From the NCBI RefSeq assembly GCF_001194135.2, contig NC_068984.1, positions 126,179,074 to 126,243,073 of the forward strand: a stretch of DNA of 64,000 nucleotides, given 5' to 3'. The stretch comes from Octopus bimaculoides (lineage: Eukaryota). Position numbers and translations under genes: made by a program. Of the stretch, positions 54,344 through 64,000 are shown in pieces (the first letter of the stretch is position 1; the number at the start of each line of letters is the position of its first letter). The notes below the pieces were generated by a model. That model made no database searches and was not told the DNA's origin. It saw only the letters and a program-made list of their open reading frames with translations.

Positions 54344-54569
54344 TTAACCATTGAGCATTCACATTATTATGTCAAATGTAATGCTTATCTATTCACATTG
54401 TTTCAAATGAATCCTGCATTATATCATAGCTTCGAGATTTTGATGCTGTGATTGTTTATTTTCCAAATGACATTCTAAGGTAGATTTGATAAGCTGGATT
54501 TGGCCGGTTCAAACATAAAACATAGCTTATCTGAGATGGATATGACCAGTTTAAATGCTAAAGGGTTAA
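54344..54569 (-). mobile_element. TTAA-flanked MITE family C, older copy
   Basis: TTAACCATTGAGC...GCTAAAGGGTTAA. Confidence 0.7.
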
Positions 54570-55704
54570 GCTGCTATTTGAGGGAATTTAGATTTCTTTC
54601 TTTTTGTCTCTAGCTATAACATAGCTCTAACTGGTTTAATCAATTTCACAGCAGTTTTATCACCACTACCCTACTTTTTGCATTTTTTATGTACTGCTAG
54701 ACTAGTAATCTGTGTACGAAGTTCCGTACCTTATTAAATGTAAAGTTTGAGGCTTGTTTTGGGTGTTAGAACCTTCAGACATCAGTTATTTTTGTGCAGT
54801 TACATTGATTTAGTACTCATCTAATTCTTTTTTAATTACATCTATTGAACAGGTCTGCTGTACTAATTCTCCTCACATGACTCAATCCTTGGTGAGTTTT
54901 TTTTTATCTGAGAAACTTTTATAACTGAATGTTGAATGCCTGTATGTTGAAACGGTGAAATTGGTGCTGCTCTTTTAGCAGCTTTATGACAAATCTTTCC
55001 TCACAGGAAAATGTGGAATGAGTGATAAAACTTGTAGAAGTTAGGGGGGCTACAGCTGGTCTGTTTAATCCTTACTGAAGATGAAATAGATCTTTTAAAA
55101 GCTGTCCCTGCCTATGGCAGGTTCTCCAATGTTCTTAAGACTGGGCAGTGATAGCAATTCATTTATTTCACACCTAAATGAGTGATCTGTCTTAGTGAGC
55201 TATCAAGGGATCTTCTGTTTGTTCCTCGATCTGCTAGAAATAACAGTCAAATCTCAATTTTCTTCTTACATGGCTACGGTTGAGAATTTTGCTTCCCAAC
55301 CATGTAGTCTCGAGTTTAGTTCCATTGTGTGACACCTTGGGCAAGTGTTTTCTACTATAGCCCCAAGTCAACCAAAGCCTTGTGAGTAGATTTTGTAGGC
55401 AAAAACTGAAGAAGCCCATCACATGTGTTTGTGTGTTTTCCTTTGTGTTCACTGCTTTGTAAACAATGGTTTCCCTCTTGATTTCATTGTCTTGCAGTCT
55501 GTTACAAAAACTTATCCAGGCTTACTAGCATGTTTTGACATGTTACACAATCATTGTAAACAAAATGGTGTTGATTTGTTTCCAGTTCCCCACATAAAAT
55601 ATGAGGAGTTGTTCAATAGATAGGGAGACTATTGCCTCTCTTGGAAACAGGTGGTGGGGGATTGGCAACGGGATGGGCATCGTGTTGTTGAAAGACTGTG
55701 CCTC

Positions 55705-56550
55705 AACATATTCTCATTCAGTAACAACTTTAGCTGTGTGAATTGGTGCATTATCATCCTGAAAGATTGTGTTTCCCTTCGGAAACAGTTCCACAACCAT
55801 AGGATGAATTTGATCAGATAAAATGCTTAAATAGTCTTGACTATTAATTCTGCCATGAAGAGAAACCATTGGGCTGGCAAATTTCCAAGATGTAGCCCCC
55901 TAGATCATCACAGATCCTCCTCCATGTTTAACAGTTGGAATGAAGCAGTCTGGGTCAAATGCTTCTTTCGGCTGTCTCCACACGTATACTCGGCCGGTGG
56001 TCGGAAATAAGGTAAAGGCTGACTCGTCCAAGAAAATAACATTCTTCCACTGCTCTAGGGACCAAAGTAGTGGTTTTCTGATTACAGCCCTCCTGTGACA
56101 TCTGGCTTTGTGCAGCTCTCGGCAAACAGTTTTTGTGGGAACTGGGTTCTTGAGGTGGTCATAAGCCTTGCAGTAATTTTGAGAGCTGTACTTTTGTGAT
56201 CCTTTCTAATAATTTTGACGAGGAGGTTTTTCCCTTTCTCAAAGGCTGTCATTACTTTCGAGACAGTACTTCTTGATACACCAAACATTTTGGCTGTTTT
56301 CATTACACTAGCACCTGCCATATGAGCACTAACAATTTGACCTCTTTGAAAGTCCAATAGATCTGTCATTTTAATGAATTTTAATTATCTTTTTCTGATG
56401 ATATCTGAAAAGAAACAGCAATTTTAACAAAACATATTAAGCAACACTAGTAATAAATCAAAAGACATAAAAGTAAACAAGCTTTTGAAGGTTTTATAGA
56501 TATTTCAAAATTATGATGCTAGGTGTTTCCATTATTTTGTCCAACTCCTG
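55705..56550 (-). mobile_element. Tc1/mariner transposon, same family as 8163-8749, 3'-truncated
   Basis: Same TIR ending at 56550 followed by TA; MTDLLDFQRGQIV.. HTH; minus strand also gives WKNVIFLDES..VKHGGGSVM..FQDDNAPIHTAK (first two catalytic Asp); internal stops. Confidence 0.9.
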
Positions 56551-56642
56551 TATATTAGTAAATATAATAGCTAAATATTGTTTATCTCTTTTCTAATGTA
56601 AAGTTATTAGAATTCTCATGTCTTATGCCTTCTTCATTTCAG

Positions 56643-56679
56643 AACCTGAATAATGGAGGTAAAATTTGGCAAGGTCAAG
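56643..56679 (+). CDS. LEMD3: MAN1 exon 10 (NLNNGGKIWQGQ)
   Basis: 37 nt, phase 0 to 1; K.WQGQ motif; TTTCAG acceptor; CAAG|GTAAAA donor. Confidence 0.92.
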
Positions 56680-57313
56680 GTAAAAAGATGTTTTGATTAG
56701 TTTTTATGTGCGTATGTATGTGAGAGAGCTATAACTGAGTAGATAAAAGTAATGAATTATCGAGCTATCTAAAGAGGGTGTCTTTATGCAGTGACTTGAC
56801 CTGCTAGAAATTACAGCTAAATCTCCTTCAAATCACATCTTGTCATCTTACCAAAATTGCTCTGATGAAGCATTATACAATGCTGTCCTAGATACATTAT
56901 GTCTAAAAAAAAAAACAGAATGATTATAACTGGAAAGTCTTTGATGATTAGATTGTCTGATAGGAGTTGACTTACAACAAAACAGCTACAACATTAGTTC
57001 TAATCTGCTGCAGTTGTTTTTAATGAGACTAACGTTTCTGTGTCTCCTTTGTGAAGTATAGGGATCAGATCTGGTGGTATATTTTTGGTTTTGTAATCTA
57101 TCTGAGGCAGACAACAGGGAACTGCAGTGCATTAAACCCTAGAATATCCAGTAGGTGCTGCTGGAATGCCCATAAGTCATTTTCAGTTTGATAGTTCTTT
57201 ACTCTTTAACTATTTACCATTTTACAGTTTCTTTTGTTTGTTTTGTTTTTTGAGATTTGTTTTGATGTCTTAAAAAATATTTGTATTCATGTGTGTTCTC
57301 TTTCTCTTCGTAG

Positions 57314-57404
57314 CATTTGGAGAACACGATGATATCAGCAACAATTCACCTCCGTACAGCCCTACACCATGTCTGAAAGTGCGTAACATGTTTAAAGCAG
57401 ATGT
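57314..57404 (+). CDS. LEMD3: MAN1 exon 11 (AFGEHDDISNNSPPYSPTPCLKVRNMFKADV), start of UHM/RRM
   Basis: 91 nt, phase 1 to 2; SPP.S.TPCLK.RNMF motif; donor GT|GTAAGT. Confidence 0.95.
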
Positions 57405-58986
57405 GTAAGTACAGTGTACAGTTTCTTCACCCTGCAGTGTAACTTACTCTTTCCCTCTTTGTCATGATCACTGTCTTTTGTATGTTGGCATAGGTTGGAC
57501 AATTACACCTTTTTTCTCGAGTATAATTTCATTTATCATTATTATTAAGACAGCAAGCTGGCAGAATCGTTAGTGTGCCGGATGAAATGCTTAGCAGTAT
57601 TTTGCCTGTCGCTACGTTCTGAGTTCAAATTCCACCAAGGTCGACTTTGCCTTTCAAGTAAATTAAGTACTAGTAAAACACTGGGATCAATGTAATCGAC
57701 TAGTCCCCTCTCCCAAAATTTCAGGCCTTGTGCCTATAGTAGAAAGGACAAAATGCTTAGCAGCATTTTTTCCAGTTTTATGTTGAGTTCAGATTCAATG
57801 GAGGTCAACTTTATCTTTTATCCTTTCAGGGGTCAATAAAATAAGTTCCAGTCAAGTTCAGGGTCAATGCCAAAAACTTATCCACTTCACCCCTCAAAAT
57901 TTGAGGCTTTGTGCCGATAAGTGAAAGAATTATTATTATTGTTAATCACTTCAGCTAACATTGCCCAAGTAACTACATTCCATCATAAACTCAATAGTAT
58001 TTAGTTGCTATTTAACCTCGGGTGATCTCTAATTGAGCTGTCTTATAATGATAGAGGTTCCAACTGTGACCATCATCATCATTTTACTTGCATTTTACCA
58101 TACTGGCATGACTTGAGCCAGTTTTCTGAGGCAGTGTTTTACAGCCAGAAGATACCCTATTAGTCACCTCTTATGACATGCAGGGATACAGGGTCTTTAT
58201 TCTAAAACTGGGATACACACTCAATATTAAGCAAAATGTATCTATAACTATCCAATGTGTCTTTCAAATCTTTTAAGACAATATGGTATAGTTTGAACGA
58301 AATTTGATTGCTATTTCTACCAAATGCAAAACAGATGGTTAGCATTTCTCTTGACATAAGTGAAAGAAACTGCCTTTGTTTCATTTTTACATTCATTATT
58401 CCATGCTAACATGGGCTACACAGATATATTATTAAGGTATTGCTTCTGGATGCTCTTCCTGGTGCTAACCCTTACCTTCCTTCCAAGCAAAGTCTCCCTT
58501 ATTTCATATGCTTTAATTAACATCATATTCACTTGTAGTTGGAAATTTTCAGAGAAATGCAAGTGTAAACAAACTCACGCACAGAGAAGCTTCATTTAGT
58601 TTCCATCTATCAAATCTACTTGTTAAGCTTTTACTGCCCCTGGGCTTGTAGTAGATGATACTTGCACAGTGAAACAAAATCCAAAGCTACATGGTTGGGA
58701 AGCAAACTTCTTAATCACAACTGTCTAGTCTTTTGAACTCGACTGCATGTTTCCACTGAAGTTAAATCATATTTGCATGTAGCAGTGTCCCGACCTCTGG
58801 CTTCATGTTTTCATCTCTTCTGCATACATCATCTTAATATTGTGTTCTTTTTGCTGTAGGCTATTGGGTAAAAGTGCACAGTAGTGGGGCTAGAATAAAG
58901 GAACACAAAGGGACCTTATTACCTTCATAATGTAACGAGACATTTTGGCGCTTCTCACTCATGTCTCTTTTCCTCTCTGTTTTCAG

Positions 58987-59092
58987 TGAAGAAGGTGATG
59001 ACTGGGATGTACATATAGAAGATGCAATTTTAGAAAAATGTAAAAATATCAATGGAATTCTTCACATTCATGTCGATAAATCTTCTAAAGAG
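58987..59092 (+). CDS. LEMD3: MAN1 exon 12 (EEGDDWDVHIEDAILEKCKNINGILHIHVDKSSKE)
   Basis: 106 nt, phase 2 to 0; AILEKC..GI.HI.VDK motif. Confidence 0.96.
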
Positions 59093-59335
59093 GTAAACTA
59101 AATTTCATTTTTTTTTTTTTTTGTTTCAAATTTAACTACCATTGTAAAAAGATATCTTACACAACAAAATATCTATTCTGGTTAAACACATTAAAAACTA
59201 GTTACACATATAATCTTTACCATTATCATCACATCACCACCACTGCACGCAAGCATACAATTTTGCCATTCACTACACATGCACACTCCTCAACCATAAC
59301 TGCTATAAAATGTTTTTGTTTGTTATCCACTTCAG

Positions 59336-59414
59336 GGATGTGTCTACATCAAATGTGACAATTGCGAAACTGCAGGTCATGTGTACAGATCTCTCCATGG
59401 ATGGTGGTTTGATA
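59336..59414 (+). CDS. LEMD3: MAN1 exon 13 (GCVYIKCDNCETAGHVYRSLHGWWFD)
   Basis: 79 nt, phase 0 to 1; GCVY.KC and LHG.WFD motifs; donor GATA|GTAAGT. Confidence 0.96.
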
Positions 59415-59446
59415 GTAAGTACATCTTTATATATGTCTCTGCTAGA

Positions 59447-59946
59447 GTAACAGTTGACAGTGATGTCTCCAACACGAGGTGACAGTAGACAGTGATGTCT
59501 CCAACACGAGGTGACAGTAGACAGTGATGTCTCCAACACATGGTGACAGTAAACAGTGAGGTGACAGTACAGTGATGTCTCCTGCACAAGGTGACAGTAG
59601 ACAGTGATATCTCCAGCATTAGGTGACAGTAGACGGTGATGTCTCCAGTACGAGGTGACAGTAGACGGTGATGTCTCCAGTACGAGGTGACAGTAGATGG
59701 TGATATCTCCAGCAAGAGGTGACAGTACATGGTGATGTCTCCAGCACAAGGTGACAGTAGATGGTGATGTCTCCAGCATGAAGTGAGAGGTGACAGTAGA
59801 CAGTGATGTCTCCAGCACGAGGTGACAGTAGACGGTGATGTCTCCAGCATGAAGTAAGAGGTGACAGTAGACAGTGATATCTCCAGTACGAGGTGAAAAT
59901 AGATGGTGATGTCTCCAGTACGAGGTGACAGTAGACAGTGATGTCT
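59447..59946 (+). repeat. 32-bp minisatellite (GTGACAGTAGACAGTGATGTCTCCAGCACGAG) x ~15 in MAN1 intron 13
   Basis: Tandem units seen directly, some with insertions or deletions. Confidence 0.95.
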
Positions 59947-60028
59947 ACCTCAGATTGTGAATGTAACCAATGATGTTACTATAATACATTGAGACAGATA
60001 TTTCAATGTTTACTAAGCATGTCTTCAA

Positions 60029-60060
<32 letters not shown>

Positions 60061-60066
60061 GCACAG

Positions 60067-60224
60067 GACGTCTAGTGACAGTGAAGTACCTCCGGCTGGA
60101 CATGTACCATGACCGTTTCCCATCATCTCGAGTTGCCGTTAAAGCTATGAAACCATCTTCACACAGCAGAACACATTCAGTGTGTCAGCAGCCCATACAA
60201 CGATACAGTCTACAGATGACATAG
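60067..60224 (+). CDS. LEMD3: MAN1 last coding exon 14 (RLVTVKYLRLDMYHDRFP...QMT*)
   Basis: Strong pyrimidine tract ending GCACAG; LVTVKYLRL..YH.RFP motif; TAG stop at 60222-60224. Confidence 0.95.
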
Positions 60225-62019
60225 GTCACACCAATGCTTTCCAGTGCCTTTCTTTCTCTCCAACAACCCCTTCCCTTTTTTCTCCTCTATCTTATACCCA
60301 TTGACATTTCATGGACTCTACATACACTCTACTACCATGTGACTTTTATTACTGTCTAAAACATGTTATAATATTGTCATAATATCATCACCACTATTAT
60401 CATCATCATTACCAACTATTGGCTATTACTTCATGTCAGTTTCCATAGCTTTGTGTGTGTGCGTATATCTGTCTGTCTACCTCTCTCTCTGTGTTTGTAT
60501 GTGTGTGTGAGTGTACACCTGTTGTATATATTGCTGCCCAGCAACTCTATGAATGTGTGTTTGTCATATATATATATATATATTGCTATATAAGAGGACT
60601 TGTATATGCAGTGTATTACATCTATATGTTGCAGTGGTGTGCATGTGTGTGCTTGTACAGACATTAATGTATTGTTCTCTCTGTCTCTCTCAATATATAT
60701 ATACATATATATATATATTTATATATGTATATATATATATGTGTGTGTGTGTGTGTATGTAATATTTACATACATCCTCCCTCCTATCAGAGTGTTTTGG
60801 TGTGTTCATTATTGTCCTGCCTTACCACATCTTACACCAACATATTCTACCAACCACTCACCACCTACCTCATATTGAAACATGAACATTTTGATGTTCA
60901 CCATTTCACTCACTCCCTCATTTAATCCTTGTTCCTTCCCCCTATTCTAGATGCTGCTGTATTTTTATTCTATAACCCATTTATTTTAAGCTAATTTAAC
61001 TTCCAGTCAAACAAAAAAAAGGACCTTGCTTTTTGTCTGTTTTATTTTTTCCTTGTGCGCGCGCGTGTGTGTGTGTGTTTATTTATCATATGTTATTATT
61101 GTTGTTACTAACTTTGCCTTCACATAGGTTTTGTGTTGTTTGAATTAGGTCTGCCACAACATAGCTGTCATCTTACCCTACTTATAGCTAGCCTAATTGG
61201 ACCAAGCCTACCACAACTAAACTGGGTTGCATCATTTAATTAATAGGGCTTTGAATGAATCAATTCATTTAGCTTCCCAGTTATTTCACTGGTCAAATCA
61301 CAGTTACAGTGCGTAGGAATAAGTTTGGAGATGTTTACAAGTTGGAAACACAATTGAGTGTCACAATTTCTTGTATGCTCCTTTTCTGTGTCCAGTTTGT
61401 TTCAGTGAGGTTTTGCTAAAACTATTACCAAAAATGTTCTGTATGAAAATGTTTCATTCTTTTAGTTTCGAACTCTTTTTCTGCTCCCCCATACACTGTA
61501 TTACTTCATGCCACCTCTGTCGTCTTACCTTTTTAAAGTGTAAAACACTTTCACCTCTGTTACTCTGCCTATTAGTAGAGCTAGTTCCGAGAAACAATAC
61601 CATCACACCATTTGTATTTTGGTGTGTGTGTGTGTGTGTCTGTAGATGTAAATATGTGTGTGTGTGTAGCTGTATGAAACGAATTATTTTGCAATTAGTT
61701 ATTTGTATTTTTCTACATTGTGTATGGTGTTGGTTGGTGGTGTAATACTTCTTGTGGGTCTGTGACACACACTCCTGTATTATGATGGTAGTACACTTCT
61801 CTGCAATTTGGTATGACTACTGTACCTAATGTATCACAGTCCTGTACTGTTGTTCTCCTGTGTGACACAACTCTGTGCTGTTTCTATCATATGACACAAC
61901 TATACTGTGGTGTTAATCATTAACCAAACAGTTCCATTTAACCGACGTCTTCATATAAGCATCCTTTTCCTGTTCTGCCAACAGTGACATATTTATTTCT
62001 GTATTTTCCCCTCATCCTC

Positions 62020-62026
<7 letters not shown>

Positions 62027-62110
<84 letters not shown>
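62027..62110. repeat. Long perfect (CA)n microsatellite
   Basis: Seen directly. Confidence 0.95.
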
Positions 62111-62116
<6 letters not shown>

Positions 62117-64000
62117 TAACTATAGTTGCTCATTACATGAGAGACCTAACTTCAGGTGTGCTAGTAACTCTCTTAACATAAACACCTGGCACTGCTATTC
62201 TGCTATCACTCCATATCACCTTCATCTTATTCACTAACATTCATCTAACTGAGAATATTTACAAATTCTATAACTGGCCAGTTTCCATACTCTCCTTCAA
62301 CTAATAGTTGTCCGTCCATTTCAAGGAAATCCTTCTTCTTTCTACACCTTCATTCCTTTCAGTTTGTTGCTTCCCTGCAGTTTCTTTTGCATTGTGTACA
62401 ATGTGGTGAGACCAGACCCTTTCCCTCCTGGGCTGACTTTGCCTTTCATTTTTTCAAGGTTTGCATAGTGTCAATAAAGTAAATTACCAGTTATACATTG
62501 AAATTGATTCAATCAACTGTGCTTGCTCCATTCACAGAAACAGCTGTGTGCCTGATTAAAAGAATTTTCTATTAATTATTTTCATTATCATCATTTCATT
62601 GTCATCATCACCATCATTATTATTAAGGGCAGTAGAGTGACAGAAAAATAGCGTATCGGATAAAATACCTAAATAGTATTTAATTCCATCCCTTTATGTT
62701 TGGAATCCAAATCACACTGGGATCAACTTTTCCTGATTGAGTTGAAAATAACCCATCCGCTACAATTTTGGAGCTTTAAGCTCATGTACACATAAATAAA
62801 ACCAAATCATTATTCTTATTATTAACAGGCACTAAGCCACAGGAGTCAGTTGTCATTAAAACAAGTCCTTGGTTTTGGTTCCTTGTTTGAATCTGCTTTG
62901 TTTTCATTGCTTGAGAAAAAAAAAAGGCATGAATGTCTCAAACCATTCCCTCCCTTTCCAAAAAAACTGATGCTTCATATTTATGGTAAAAAAAAAAAAA
63001 ATTCTTCAATTGTAATGTCTTTGTTTTTGTGTTTTTAATGAATTTCTCAACCGATTGCATCTGTTTCTAAATGAGACTCTTTATTCAAACTGTGTAACCT
63101 TCACTTCCATTCTGCTACACATCATAATCAACAATCAGCTAAAGTGAGCCTGCCTTAACCTCCTGCAACACTCATCATTCTTCAGTTGTTTCGAACACAT
63201 CTTTTAGAACTTTCCTCCATAAATGTTCTGTTAACCTCTTATTTCAACTGTTGGTTCCTTTTATGTAAGGAGAGAATATCTGAGGAAAATATTGAAATGC
63301 AGCCTTGGCAGTATTAGAATGGCTTTTTGTTCTTGGTGTCACATTTCACTTAGCCTTGTTATGTATATTACAACTTGGTTAAACCATCATCTCCAGTGAA
63401 GCCAGGATTATTCACTTAACCCATCAGCTAGAAACTTGGGCAGACCCAGCAATGCTGTTTGGTTCATATGTGATACACCAACATCACTAAATTTGGTCTT
63501 AGCTGGAAGGGGCAACTGGGTTGTTTCGCCTCAGACAGATGGTAGGGAGTTTTGTCTGAACAGCAGTAATAGTGGTGGTATATTGGAGGCTTTGGGGAGG
63601 TGATAGGGTCAGTTAATGGTCAGTGTGTTAATCGTCAGTCACTTGAATTTACTCCACTGCATCTCCTCCCCACCTAAATTTGGCCTTGTTTTTTTTGTTT
63701 TTTGTCAAAAGTGAATCATTAATGTTGCACCAAATATGTTTAAAAACTTGGTCTGCAAAAAAAACTAAGGAATAAAATATCAATCCTTGTAACATTTTCC
63801 CTTTAATTTAAGTATGTAACAAGGCTAAGTAAACATAGTACTTGTGTGGCTGAACAGTAAAACATTCTTATTTTACCAGTTTTTTTTATAGAAACAACAG
63901 CACAACCTATGTTTTAAGTATCCTGGACAGTTTTGCTCTCCAAGATTGTGTAAACCATCTAATGTCAACTGCTGCTTGAGTGTGGGGGCTGACTGTGGTT

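Larger units (their letters stand above)
16107..60224 (+). other. LEMD3: Gene span: inner nuclear membrane protein MAN1/LEMD3 orthologue, 14 coding exons, ~754 aa (763 aa if ATG 16080 is used)
   Basis: The hand-spliced exons are GT-AG and phase-consistent, giving one open frame. Motifs recognised from MAN1 proteins: LEM helices, GFSSD, two TM segments, PYLAVQHVRD, NESRIR..WRW, KIWQGQAF, TPCLKVRNMF, AILEKC, GCVYIKC, LHGWWFD, LVTVKYLRLD.YH.RFP. The C-terminal RRM/UHM separates MAN1 from LEMD2. Confidence 0.95.

Noticed and set aside
56859-56885. CTGATGA followed by a perfect AGCATT/AATGCT hairpin (hammerhead-like)
   Set aside because: No GAAA after the stem (reads GTCC), and it lies in a decayed repeat
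59303-59850. Minus-strand ORFs of 171 and 157 aa with repeating motifs
   Set aside because: They are translations of the 32-bp minisatellite antisense to a MAN1 intron; the unit length is not a multiple of 3
59447-59946. CRISPR-like array
   Set aside because: Contiguous tandem units with no unique spacers, in a eukaryotic intron, with no cas genes

Overview
AT-rich, repeat-dense animal DNA with three N gaps. The SINE/LINE and microsatellite landscape resembles an octopod cephalopod (inference). One gene is well supported: a + strand orthologue of the inner nuclear membrane protein MAN1/LEMD3. I reconstructed 14 coding exons by hand (16107/16110..60224, about 754 aa). All introns are GT-AG and phases are consistent. 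Domain order is LEM, Ser/Thr-rich disordered region, TM1, luminal Cys-containing loop, TM2, MSC/winged-helix region, C-terminal UHM-type RRM. The rest is tRNA-derived SINEs, RTE and Jockey/CR1-like LINE relics, a Penelope-like RT/GIY-YIG relic, two Tc1 copies, TTAA-flanked and TA-flanked MITEs, Helitron-like ends and simple repeats. Best leads, all untested: (1) The genomic codon for the conserved Gly of the UHM WFDG motif is AGA (Arg). Its A is the last base of exon 13, in a UAG context, and can be hand-paired opposite a C in an intron-12 duplex, so it is a candidate restorative A-to-I recoding site. (2) An ~860 bp element has 72-bp identical direct repeats and hammerhead-ribozyme core motifs. 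(3) A uORF stop overlaps the MAN1 start, and an upstream ATG exon is frame-compatible with a LEM-less isoform. Most six-frame ORFs are microsatellite or gap artefacts.
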